Notes under the pieces: model-generated
Seen by the model: the letters and a program-made list of their open reading frames with translations, nothing else
What the model was told of the DNA's origin: nothing
Database searches by the model: none
Origin: Schizochytrium sp. TIO01
Taxonomy: Eukaryota > Protista > Bigyra: Labyrinthulomycetes
NCBI GenBank assembly: GCA_004764695.1
Contig: SMSO01000014.1
Coordinates: 3,591,648 to 3,655,647, forward strand
Length of the DNA stretch: 64,000 nt
Direction of reading: 5' to 3'
Position numbers and translations under genes: made by a program
In this document: in pieces, positions 37,125 to 49,540 of the stretch
Layout of the letters: each line of letters begins with the position of its first letter
Numbering within the stretch: position 1 is the first letter of the stretch

Positions 37125-40100
37125 ATGGCTGGAATTAGAGAAGATCTCGAAGCTACGCTGGCAGAGGTTTGTAGATATAATGACCTCTATCCACGAGGAA
37201 AGCGAAGCAAGGAAGGTTCTAATTCACGATCTTCAACACCTTCGACGCCTACAAACAATGCTGATGTCAAAGAGCTAGAAGTGTTTCAAATTATGGAGGT
37301 GCAAAGTTTGCGGTTTGCTTCACATTTTCCCAGTCTTGTTGAGCTTCGTGTCATGTGCCAAAGTGGTATACGCGACCTCCAAGGAATTGGTTGCTGCGTA
37401 CTATTAGAGAAGCTCCATGTCACTAGTTGCGGTCTGCGTGATCTTGGATCTGATATTAGTAATTGCACGCAATTGAACACCCTTGATGTATCTTGCAATG
37501 AGCTTCAACGCTTGCGCCATCTCGCTGGTTTACACGAATTGAAAAAGCTGTGGGCGAATGAAAATCTGCTAACTTCTCTGGACGATGTTAGCCTGGTAAC
37601 TTCGCTTGAAGAGATCTGGGTTGCTCGTAACTTTATTGACGAGATAGACACTAGTCTTGATCGCCTGGGTTCGTTACGCGAGCTCAACATCGCTCAGAAC
37701 AAAGTTGGTACCTTCAAAGAGGTACTGAATTTAGCTCGATTACCAGAATTGAAGAAATTGAGTCTTAATGATCCACACTTTGGGGCTAACCCAGTTTGTA
37801 GCCTAAGTAATTACCGTACTTACGTACTCTGCCACCTTCGAACGCTCGAACAGTTTGACGGAACTTCTATTGACAAAGAAACGAAGCTTCTAACTGACGC
37901 CACATTCTACAAGAAGCGTATGTACTATAATATGAGGATAAAGACATTGAAAAGGAACATGTCGAATGTTATTCGTAAGGCAAAAGAAGAAGCTCGCGCC
38001 AGTGAAAGTCGAATCAATATGAGTCTGAGTATTCTATTACGTCAATACAAAGAAGTGCAGCGTGAGATTGATGAATTGAAGACTTATGGACTGAACGTAT
38101 CAACAGCATCACCCAGCGACAAAGAAGCTTATGCCAAGCAACTAGCAAATAAACAACTTGCTTTAGATGCTTGTATCGCTGGGCGGCGTGCTCAGCTTAA
38201 CACTATTGCAGACGCTCAGAAGCAAGTTGCGCAGAAAGTTCAACAGATTGGGGCAAAGGCCATTGATTATTTAAAGATGGAATTAGAGAGTGGAGGGAAT
38301 CTACGCCTTGTAGAAGGTAAACCATCAGATTCTTGGTATTCCTGGGCAGAACAGTTTTGCAAAAATGCAGTTGATACAATGGCGTATCGTGCGCTAGGAT
38401 ATGCTGGAGTAGAAGCGGATCGCATCCTGCGAGTTCATAATAAATCCCTCCGTGTTCTCTTCGAGCAACGTGTGAATCAGATTGTTGAGGCAACAGGACA
38501 GGCAATCCCTGTGGAACATGTTCTCTTTGTTGTCGACCGTGATGGGCTAGTCGCCGCAGATTCGATTTCAATTTATGGGTTCCCCGATCCTGCCTCTTTC
38601 CTCGTTGGAACTGGGCATGCTGCAATTCCGCTTCGAACATTTTTAGACACTCGAGAACTCAGAGGACGACACACTGGTCTTCCGTCTTTGACAGAATATA
38701 CAGTAATTATTGCTCAGTTCTGCCCTGGTCGGTATGGAACAGAAAAATCAGCGAGCGCTTTAGTTGCTGCTTCTTCAAGCGAAACCGAAGTTCCTTTGCG
38801 AAGACGATCCTATGGACAGATACTTGTGCCTCCACATCAACTGGAGCGTCAAAAGATTGAAGATGGATTCATTTGGGGAAGTGCGGAACAACAAAGACTT
38901 ATGCCAGAAAGTTTGGAATCATCAACAATAATGTCAAGCCGATTTCCAGGCTTTCATGCGCTTTTACAAACGCGAGCAACTGAAAATGTTGAAGGCAGTC
39001 AAGGTTCTGGAGACGAACGTGGACATGAATATTGGGCATTCGACAAGCATCTCATATTGCCAGAATATATAGTTCATCTCCGTTGCATTCCCACAGTGAG
39101 CTTTGGAGATAAACTTAATTCTGCTCTTGCGCTTTCCGAGAGCCTAGCTCGGGGCGAGTCTCAGGATCAAGACGCGAATGAGCAAATGTTATCAGTCGGA
39201 GGTGATTTGGGACCCATGATGGAGCCTTTAGTGACCTTTCTGAAACAATTACCGAAATTTGAAACCTCACATGGTACAACAGCAAAGCGTTGTGAACAAG
39301 TTGTTTCTATGCTACCAGCGACGCGCTCACGGCCAACAGTAACAGAGCTCTCTGAGCTGATCATTCTGAACTGGACATGTCAACCCAGCTTATCACAATT
39401 GACATATTTAAATTTACATGGAAATAATCTGCGCTCCATTCGTGGTCTTGGGACATGCAAGTCTTTACATACTCTGATTCTATCATTTAATGAACTTCAA
39501 GAGATCAATGGCCTGGATACTAACACAGCTCTAGCTCATTTAGACCTTGGGTACAATGCGATAAAACGAGTAACAGGTTTAGATTCTCTGAGCAAACTGG
39601 AGACACTTGAGCTGAACAACAACTTAATCTACCGCATTGGGGATGTTCTAAACTTGAAGCAATCTCACCCAATGCTAGTAAAACTCGAACCTAAGCAACA
39701 ACGCAGTTTGTGAGGTTGTGCAGTATACCATTCAGGTATTGGAAGCATTCCCTTTACTTGTAAAGTTAGACGGACGTCCTATCACAGAGCGAGATCGTTC
39801 TCGAGAAGCTATGAAAGTCGTCAAACTTGATGAAGACACGCTTGTCACCTTTGCCCGTCAGCTTGTTCCATCAATCGCAACCAGCAAGCTTGCCTCGGTG
39901 GAAGCAATCGAAGTTACTCAGGTGCACCTAAGTAGTTTGAAAGGTATTGAAAAACTTACGTCCCTTCGGCGTGGGTCGTTTTCAAACAATGATCTGTCAT
40001 CTATCGATAGCCTTGCAACATGTACGCTACTTGAGGAATTGAATTTGGAGGAGAATCGGATAACCTCAATTGAAGGGTTGCAAGCATGTCAATTCCTTAA

Positions 40101-41934
40101 AAAGCTAGATCTCGGAAAGAATCGACTGTCGCGGATGACTGGACTGGAAAGCCTCACCAACCTGACTCAACTTAGTCTCGAGGACAATGACATTCGTTCA
40201 ATGTCTGGCTTGTCTCGCCTTGTGAACTTAATGGAGCTTTACATTGGTAACAATCAAATCGATGGGCTGCGAGAATTACAGTACCTTCGTGGTCTTCCAA
40301 GGCTCTTAATTTTGGATCTTCTTGGAAATCCTGTATCTAAAGAGGATGGATACCGACTCTATGGTGTTTACTACCTTAAAAAATTGAAAGTGCTTGATGG
40401 CGTTAGTATTGAGCGTGGAGAAGTAAATTCTGCACGTGAACGGTACGCAGGTCGCATTTCTCTGGATTATCTTACAGACCATGTGGGTCATCGCTTTTAT
40501 GAACAGATTCATCAACTTGATTTGTCACAAAACAAGTTACGCGAAGTAGATGCCAACTGCCTGACAGGAAATAACTTTCCTCATTTATTTACACTAGATC
40601 TGAGTAATAATCTACTCACAACTGCTGGAGAGATTCGCGACATGTCTGCCCTTACAACTCTTCACTTGGCTGGAAACCGTATAACTTCTTTGGAGAAAAG
40701 CATGTTGGCTTCACTACCAGGACTTCAAGAACTTGACTTAAGCAACAATCGAATCACAAGTATGCTTGAGCTGAGCCTTAGTTACGCTGCTGAGCTTCGA
40801 TTGTTACGTCTCGAAGGGAACGAAATATCAGTGCTAGAAGGTCTGGGGCAATGCAAAGAACTTCGCGAGTTGATCCTTAACAAGAACCGATTTCGCTCTA
40901 TGGAGTCCTTTGAGAAATCAAGTGCTGCCCTGGCCAATCTTCGATGCTTAAGGATTGAAGAAAATGCTATTCGTCATCTGAGTCAGTTGAAGCACTGCGT
41001 TAGATTGCACTCTCTGTACCTTAGCGGTAATCGTATTTTGGAGCTTAGTGAAATTGATAAGCTTGGATGCATTCCATTTCTATTGGAGCTCAATGTCACG
41101 GGGAACCCCGTGGCTCGTAAGAAAATGTACCGCTCTAGAACGATGTTTAATTTACCAGCACTAAAGTTTTTGGATGGAAAGGAAATCTCAAGTGATGAAA
41201 GGAGTCGTGCCGAGGCATTCTTTAATCCTGGTCCAGAATCTCTCGATGCAATTGCCACAGCTGTTTTCCAGGATCAGGCCTTGGCTGCGATGTATGCTTC
41301 AGACGCATGGGAGCGCAGCACAACTGATCTAGGGGCATTAACCGTAACTGGCAAAGTTCCTGTTAAAGCTCCTGTCTTTGGTATTAATGGTCGAAACAAC
41401 AGTGTATCCAACAGCCCTACTCGGCGCGGACGAAACATTGAAGTTGCTTCGCAAAGTACTAAAACAGCATCACGACGTACTACATCATCATCACGTTTCA
41501 GCATTCCTGTGTCCCGTAAGCCAATTGAAGACCTCAAAATCATGGTAAGTAGTGCTGCAAATCAGTCGCAACGTTCAAATTTAGGAACCCAGGCACCGTC
41601 GCAACAACCTCCTTCTACAACAGCTTATTCTGGGAAGGATATGCAGCCTACAAATATTTCACAACAACCTGCACAAGGGCAACCACAAGTAGAGGAGGAT
41701 GCTTCATCTAGTGTTAAATTGCCACGTGTCGCCACTGAGTCATCTGATGCAGCAAAAACCCAAAATTCGAGTCAGCGCACAACTACAACGACTTCAAAGG
41801 AAGGTTCTGAAGGTCTTACAGAATTTCAAAAGCTGTTTGCAAACACACACAACCACAAAGCAATGTGGCAGTTACCTCCAGATCGATCAAGAGCTAGCAC
41901 GAGGCGGGCATTTGTGCAGGCAGGTCGTCGCTAA
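37125..41934 (+). CDS. LRRC9: Leucine-rich repeat-containing protein 9 (LRRC9)-like, interrupted by an apparent 1-nt insertion at ~39687-39689
   Basis: SDS22-type LRRs with LRRcap motifs, ATFYKKRMYYNMRIKTLKR, ELESGGNLRLVEG and a central ART/PARP-like segment ending ILPEYIV. Removing one base in CTC-GAAC-CTA fuses ORFs 37125-39713 and 39718-41934 through an intact LRRcap (LVKLxLSNNAVCEVVQYTIQVLEAFPLLVKLDGRPI). Confidence 0.85.
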
Positions 41935-42337
41935 TTTAGTACGGTCTGGCGTGATGAAATCTGGTTTCTTTAATCGTTCATTACTTCAAGATTTTGACTT
42001 TACGCAAGCTTTATCTTGGGCTTTAAAAAGTATTTATGGCGCCTGATTTATTCTATTGCAGAGACTGAAAGAAATGATGATTTTATCGATAGACAAAAGT
42101 TCGCTTTGAAGAAATAATAAACCTTTGACTTCTCCAGATGGTCAGCTTTCTGTCTCTGGGTTATATCCAAATGTTTTTCATTTAACTCCTGCTGTGACTA
42201 GAATTTTATATTCTTAAATGTAGAGATGTGCGGGACCAACGATCTATGTAATAAGGTGATTTGTCTTCTTCTTCTAAAGCCCCTACTGTTATTTAATTTG
42301 TTTTGCTTTGTTGGTTTGTTTCCAAAGAAAAAAAGGA

Positions 42338-43267
42338 TCACTTGAAAAATTTGTTTGTGCCTGTGATACGAATGGCTGCTTGCTGTGCTTCTGCAATTTC
42401 TACAGTGACTGGATCTTCCAAAGCAGCACTTTGTGCAATCCATTCAAAGGTCCAGCCGAACTCTTCCGCAGCTTCGAGGAGAGCCTTCCACTCATGAGTC
42501 TCAAAGCCGGGATAGTTAATCAGTTCATCGAAGACGAGAAGCGTGCCAGGCACAATGCGGGGAGCTAGTTCCCGAAGCACATAAATGGTTGCGGAGTATA
42601 AATCTGCATCAAGGTGCGCTACAGCAACCTTCTGGTCACTAGGCTCGTTGTGTTCCACCAGAAAAGGTACAAGCGTGTCCTGGAAGAGGCCTTTTACTAG
42701 CGTCACATTGCTTTCCACTTCGGGGAACTTGCCTTTGCAGTCAAATGTACCCTTAGCAAACTTATCTCGCCAGCTCTCAGGGAGACCTTCAAACGTATCA
42801 AAGCCATATACTGTGCGGCCTGGAGGGGCATGTTTTGCCATAAGATTTATGGTCTTACCCGAAAAGACGCCAAATTCTAGCCACAGACCCTCCAGAGGTT
42901 TTCCATTTGAGCATGCAAATCCAAGTGGGTTCTTGGCAAGGCGTTCCTTAGGAGGTCTTTTGAGATCGAGTCTCCATGCTTTATCAGCCCTTAGCATGAA
43001 CGAGCTCAATTTGCTATCCTCCTCGCAGTTTTCCGAGACTGCAATTTCATCTTCGTCTTCGCTCAGTTCTCCTTCCTCACGCTCCGAATCGTTGTCGTCT
43101 GGATCGGCCTTGGATAAACCATTTGCGTCACACCTTGTGCCATCGTTGTCACTACCGTCGGCATTGTCGTTGGCAGAATCGGCCTTGGTGATATCTTCCG
43201 ATGCTTCTTCGCGAGCACGTTTCGAGGTACCCGAGCCAGCAGATGGCTCCTCACCAGACCGCTTCAT
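42338..43267 (-). CDS. Class I SAM-dependent O-methyltransferase, TylF/MycF/NovP-like, with acidic disordered N-terminal extension
   Basis: LWLEFGVFSG, VYGFDTFEGLPE, LVKGLFQDTL, AHLDADLYSAT and VFDE motifs. Likely start is ATG 43267 (MKRSGEE). Confidence 0.87.
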   Translation of the reverse strand: MKRSGEEPSAGSGTSKRAREEASEDITKADSANDNADGSDNDGTRCDANGLSKADPDDNDSEREEGELSEDEDEIAVSENCEEDSKLSSFMLRADKAWRLDLKRPPKERLAKNPLGFACSNGKPLEGLWLEFGVFSGKTINLMAKHAPPGRTVYGFDTFEGLPESWRDKFAKGTFDCKGKFPEVESNVTLVKGLFQDTLVPFLVEHNEPSDQKVAVAHLDADLYSATIYVLRELAPRIVPGTLLVFDELINYPGFETHEWKALLEAAEEFGWTFEWIAQSAALEDPVTVEIAEAQQAAIRITGTNKFFK

Positions 43268-46200
43268 GGTGTATTCCCACAATGTCTGCAAAGCAACGCA
43301 GAGCTTACGATGCGTTTTGCGACAACACAGTCTCGACGGCACTGTTGTGAAAAAGAAGCTGGAAAAGCATCATATGATAAAGATAACAGAAAGTAGAAGA
43401 ATAGCGAGTACACAACAGCCTTCGAGAAGACAAAATACCAATCAAACAATCAGCATGTTCTGCTGTCATTCAAAACCCTATTTCCTCAGGAAAGCGTTTG
43501 CCTCCAACCTCGTCTCTGCCGTCAAGTCTCAAGTCTCAAGATCGATATATACACGAGTGCAAGCTCTGGAGGAAATCTGATAGGAATGCAGAGGATAAAT
43601 ATTTTGAGATTCATTTGCAAGACAAGAATATGGTATCTTTCCATAATAACGACAACTCAAGTTCGTACAATAGCAACGGGGGATAACAGCATATGGTTGT
43701 TTGTGCTGTTTGCCTTCAAGTGACTGCCAAATAGTCCAGCATGCTGGTCAAGAACCCTGTGCTTCTCTGCATGACTTGTATGGTTTCACAGTGATGAAAA
43801 AAGAACTATAAAAAATAATAATAAGCCCTGGGTACGTACCTGGTAAAGAAAAACAAGATTGGTTAATTTTCATTTTCTTTCTTCGTTTTGTACAAACTAA
43901 CCATCTTTTATGTAATAATAGCTGCAACAACAAAGGTCTCACAAGACATTTGGTCTCCAACACCACTGCCTCACGAGTCTCTGCAACCTATCTACGAGGC
44001 AGCTGGCTAGCTGGCTGATTTGACTTGGCAGATCTAGAAGCGCTAGCTCTGCTTCCCAGAACTTGCAGCCTTAAACCTTCTACTGACGAGATAAAGTGAG
44101 CGAAACAGCCTCGTGAGCTAGAAGATCAAAGCAAGTTTTGCACTTTGAACCAAGCAGAATATCTCACGGCAATAAGAGAAATGAATACCCAATGCCTGGA
44201 CTGTCGATGGACAATCTACAAGGTCTAGAAGGAAGTGGAGCAAGACTACTAATACCGAAATATCATCTCAAGGTGTTTTAAAGTCCCTTCACATGGAATA
44301 TCATGGGGATAAACGAAGTACTTGGTATCATATTATAATCCTCGAACAAACTTGAGGAGGTTGTTGCCAATGTTGAGCAGAATCCCTGTGTCATCATTCC
44401 CTTGAGCAACAAATGTGAGCCTATCCATCGTTGCCAGGCTTATGCCCACCCAGTATCCAAGTATGGCACAGAGCTGAAGCTCCAAGTTGGCAATGGAGAC
44501 ATAGTAGATTACACTTGGCGATCGAGAAGCTCAACTAAACATAGCACCTTCAGCACATTGGCGCTTTGGGGAAATACTTTGTCGTCGAGAAGATCTTGGT
44601 AAGGCCGATGTACAAGTTATAATGCTGCGGGCAAGCAAAGAATTGCTACCGATAAAAAAGCTGCGTGGGATTATTAGGTGGCTCTTACGGTTCCCTCCAG
44701 AGAGTACGAGTCATAGGAGAGCGTGTATCTCCCAACGCCGACAACGTATAACGAGGTTCTGTTCTGATATGTGATGTTTGGTATGTTTCAATATGAGGTT
44801 ATTGAGGCTTACTAAGGTGGGTGAAGGCAGCACCATCTTCCACCAAGAGGCCGGAGCTAGATCATCTGGAGCTTTTAAAGTTCTCGAGTTATAGTGTTCG
44901 ATAACCTGAGCTCGTAAGAGTTACACTCGAAATATGCATGCCTGCACTCAATTTGGCAAGACAGATAATAAGGAAACAACTCAACGAGTGAAAATATCAA
45001 TATTGACAATGGTAAATGCCCATTCAATGATCCCTCGAATGTAACTATGTTTTCGTCGATGATGCACCAGCTGCAGTGCTCCTGATTTTTCCACCTCTAA
45101 GAAACATGACTTTCTCGTTTTCATAATAAAATAAAAATCAAGTCTTGCTAAAGCTACTCATCATTTATCATCATGATAACTCAGCATAAGTGCGTTATAA
45201 TTGTCTCTTCACACACCATGCGGGGAAACCAACCTGTGGCCCACTTCAACTCGTAAGTAGACCACCCTTCTACTGGCCTTGTGATTCTGTCATCGAGTGT
45301 TTGGGACCAAGATCCCGGCAATCCAAATATTAATCTTGTCTGTTTAATCGTATAATTTTGAACTCCTCAAAGTTCGTGCAAAGTACCTTTCGATCTCCTT
45401 TAAGTGAAATTGCAGCATTAGCATCAGCACGAAAGAAAAATAAAATATAGCATCAGCAGTTGTAGATTTTCTCAATCGAACAAGTGGGTGGGACGATGCC
45501 ATTATTCCACATCTTCAGCACCGACACCTTCAGCGTTCTTCGCAACGCAGTACAGTCGATCGGCAGAGAATTGTTTGTCTTCACATGTTTATATAATATA
45601 GATTTATTGCCCCCCTTGTATTTTTCTCTGGCTAGGGTTGTTCTCGTTGAATGAATGAGTTGGCGCTTACTCTGAGGCAGATGACAACTGCGTACGCAAC
45701 AAAAGCTTTCATGCAGACGATCGGTCCTCAAGCGCACTGGACCCAAATGTCCCAGTTGCTAGGAATGGTTACGACAGTCGCAGCTTTCATACGACGGGAA
45801 ACCCAAGGGAGGGTGTGACGGTTTCGTACACGCGACCTAGATGGAAATTCAATTTGAGAGCGTCCTGTCTTCAATTGACCTTTACATTCACATTTTTCCA
45901 ACGAGGAAGAACCTCAAACAACATTCCGAAGAAACCAAAAAAGACACGCTTTACTTTATACAGGGACCACGACCCTGCGCTTGCGACGCGACCTAAAATC
46001 GGTCGCATCTTAAGCAGCCCTATCATATCTCGAGTTCGTTGAACCATTGAACCATGTTTTATCAATCGCCACCATAATCGTTTCCTCAGTATATTTCTTT
46101 ATAAAATTGCCCGTTCAACCCCCTTTTCAACCTTCCTAAAAGTATAATAGGAAATAGAACTTGGAGACAAAACTTGAAGAAAAATAAAAGGAGGAAAATA

Positions 46201-47577
46201 TACTTTAGAAAAAAACAAAGAAAACTTAATTTACTTAATTCATATCAGTGCTGAAAACATTTTTTAATTTTTTTCCCTTCCCCCCTAAAAAAATTCGAGA
46301 TTGAGATTGAGGTACGGTACATACGAGGGTAGTCGATGATCAATCATTGAGGTGAGTTCCATCTAACTCAACGCTTCTTCTTCTTATTCTTCTTCTTGAA
46401 ATTCTTCACCGGAGCTATTGTCTGCACATACCTCAACAGATCTGAGAGAAGCTTGCGAGCGTATTTTCTATTTATGGCATCTTTCCAAGCATGTAAATAA
46501 ATAATATCAAAAACAAATACATAAATTAGAGAATAGTAAGTAAGTAAGCGAGCAAGTAAACGAGTGAGTGAGTGAGTTTATTTGTTTCACAGCCCTGCTC
46601 AGATATCGCTTCTAAAAAATTGCCATCCCGACCAAGACTTCCGAGAAACTTGGCAGATTCTGTAGCAGATCTAAAGACATCATAACGGAGATGATTTCCA
46701 ACTTGAAGATTGGTCCAACGTGGTCAGCGTACAGGCAGACTATTTGTTTACAATAAAGTTTGCCATGCTCGTTATCTTTTGCCTGAGATAGGTCATTACC
46801 ATTCTGGAGGTGGAGAAATTTAACCCTCACTCGTTTCAAGTCTTTGCTGCTTCCCCCTCGCAGAGTCGAGCTACTCGGAAAGAAGTTGACCGCGGTGGTT
46901 GATGCGATTGAACTCTGCTAGTTTCATGGTTTGCTCAACTCCAGACGTCGCGAGGATGTAGCTACGAGTGATTCACCCACTCCTCGAAGTAACCCAAACA
47001 TTCCGTACACACCCTCTTTCTCAAGACTTCATTCATACGCACATGTGTAGGCAGGCCACAACTGTGCACACTCACTCACTTACTCACTGCCACGAGGCTC
47101 TTTAATGCCCGCTTCGCGACACCCGTGTAGGCTCCATTCTTCTACTTCCCTGTCCCCTTTCCGTGCAAGAGTTCCACGCCACATCAAACTAGATGTATAA
47201 GTTTCCGACATTTGTGTGAGCCAAATGTTTGAGCCAAATGTAAAGTAGGGATGAGGTCCTTTTTGCACTTCATGGCGACATCGCACCAATGGTTTCTGCA
47301 CATCGAGCGAGCTCTGGTCTCATGAACTGCTCAAGCCTGGCAGCTTGCACAGAGTGACGCTAAGAAGGATGGCGATTGCGAATCCGAGCTCTGTTCTCAG
47401 CTAGCCACGCCACATTCGATCGTGTGTGAAACGATCAATCACTCGCGTTTAACAACTCGCACTATTAACTTAGTATCTGCGACACTATCCGCCTCTGAGT
47501 TAGTTGAAACTCATCGCGCCGCAACAGTGCAACAATGAAGCACCAACTGCGTACTACAGCAACAGCAGAGTCCAAAG

Positions 47578-47603
47578 AATCAATCAATCAATCAATCAAT
47601 CAA
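47578..47603. repeat. (AATC)n microsatellite
   Basis: Direct reading of tandem AATC units. Confidence 0.9.
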
Positions 47604-47794
47604 AACGTTCTCTGCAAGGCCACCATTTATCCAGGCCCTGGCGCGGTTTTACTCTTCTTCAACTGCCTTCGTTCGTCGTCAATATCCTCCTGAAAAGGTC
47701 GCGCTGTGCAGTGCTGATGCTTTGTGGCGCACCCGAACGATGGAAACGAAATAGCGTATCATTTAGGGACCCGAACAAAGCTGGGAGCATACGA

Positions 47795-47822
47795 TTGGTT
47801 GGTTGGTTGGTTGGTTGGTTGG
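47795..47822. repeat. (TTGG)n microsatellite
   Basis: Direct reading. Confidence 0.9.
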
Positions 47823-48564
47823 ATGGATGATGGAGAGCGAACTAAAGAGTGTAGTGTTGTCAACCTGGTTGGATTTCTCTCAGGTCCAAGGTTCGTGTAA
47901 ATTTGCGACGCCATCATCAATGACGGTAACAGGTACACCCAAAGTAGTGAAAGAAAGAAGTTTCCACCTTCGAAGGGTTTCACTGCTTAGCCATGAAAAT
48001 GAAAGTGTGTGTTTATTTGTTTATTTGGGTGTGTGCAAATTGAGCGAATGTAATTCATTAGAGGACACGCGCGAGGGAGGCAGGTGCAGGTGCTCCGATC
48101 ACTCCAGTTCTCCATAAGGTGCTGCTTTCTTGCGGGGGGGGGTAGCTAGCGTCGGCAGGTAGGTGCCTGATCCCTACTCTCGAGCACGAGCACGGGCCCT
48201 TTCGGTAGCTCCTCGTCGTCATTATCGAACACGTTGCCTGTCCTTAGACAAACAACCATCTCATCTCCTCAGGCTGCCCCATCCCCCCTAGTGTTTTAGA
48301 TACGAAACCCATTAGCGACACACCCAATTTCGAAGGGAACCCGCAACCTCATACTGAAAGCTCATTTTTTATTCTGCATTGAATTAGAACTTATATAATT
48401 CTATTTATTTTTAATTCTATTTAAAAAAACATCATTTAAGTAAAGGTATTTTACTGTTCAGTTTCAGAGTAGTGCCTACAGGTAATGGTAGGAGTACTGT
48501 TGTGTACCTAGGTTAGCACCTTATGGCTATGGTAGATAGAAATAAACAAATGGAATCTCTTGTG

Positions 48565-48573
48565 AAAGAAGGA

Positions 48574-48641
<68 letters not shown>

Positions 48642-48716
48642 AGTTTGTTGAGATGTGCTTTGCTTTGCTTTGCTTTGCTTTGTTTTGCTCTGGTCTGGTC
48701 TGGTCTGCTCTGCTTT
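48565..48716. repeat. Compound microsatellite (AAAG)n followed by (TTTGC)n/(TGGTC)n
   Basis: Direct reading. Confidence 0.92.
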
Positions 48717-48900
48717 GGGCTGATTGATAGATTGACTGCTGTGGCGGCCCAGAGGATTGAGCGAATCTGGGATGGCAAGGAGCGCAGGAAGGAAGGAGGG
48801 AAGGAGGCCTCCTCCATGGTCCGTCGGGGTACCATCCGGAGCGCCCTACCTCGAGGTGACCTGCCTTGAGGGCCAACTTCTATAACCTCCCTCAGGCACA

Positions 48901-48948
48901 CAAACAAATAAACAAACAAACAAACAAATAAATAAATAAATAAATAAA
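48901..48948. repeat. (AAAC)n/(AAAT)n microsatellite
   Basis: Direct reading. Confidence 0.9.
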
Positions 48949-49498
48949 TTGAAACACCTGCACAAATAATGAAGCAAGAGTCAAGTAGAAATGAAGAACT
49001 AAAAAGGGAATCGCACACCGTCTTTCAGGGATACACCTCGACCAACTCGAAGTTATGGTCGCAGTCACGATTAAGTTATTGCTAGAGCTCAACTGCACTC
49101 GGGAAAATCAGAATCGAGTAAAGTAATCGAACAATCATCCTCGAATATCGAGTAATTTGAAGGGGTTTCTTTTCATCCAGAATTCTTTCATAATACTATG
49201 CTCTTTTAAATTTTAATATAAGAAGAAATAAAAGAAAACATTATTATTATATATATTTTAAAAAAAGAGAAGAAAAAAAAAGAGGTTATAAATTAAATCA
49301 AATAGACCCTCCCACCAATAGGAGTATATATCATCCCTATAGGAGTTGTGCGGTGGTCAAGGGAGACCTCTGGCAACAACCACCAAAGGAATAAAATAGT
49401 ACAATTTTTTATTGTCTTGGCAAGCTGATTGAGGATTGGACACACACCTGAAGAGCTTCGAAGACGAAGAGCAAACAATAACCTGCAAGAGCTCTACC

Positions 49499-49499
49499 C

Positions 49500-49540
<41 letters not shown>
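49499..49540. repeat. (AAC)n microsatellite
   Basis: Direct reading. Confidence 0.92.

Noticed and set aside
42585-43580. 331 aa plus-strand ORF antisense to the methyltransferase
   Set aside because: Shadow ORF: Ser-rich mirror of the acidic sense codons with no recognisable motif. The minus-strand ORF has clear family motifs.
44340-44870. Coding-like plus-strand stretch with several stops and frameshifts (KLEEVVANVEQNPCVIIPL...)
   Set aside because: May be a decayed gene, but I cannot match it to any family, so it is not supportable without a translated search.
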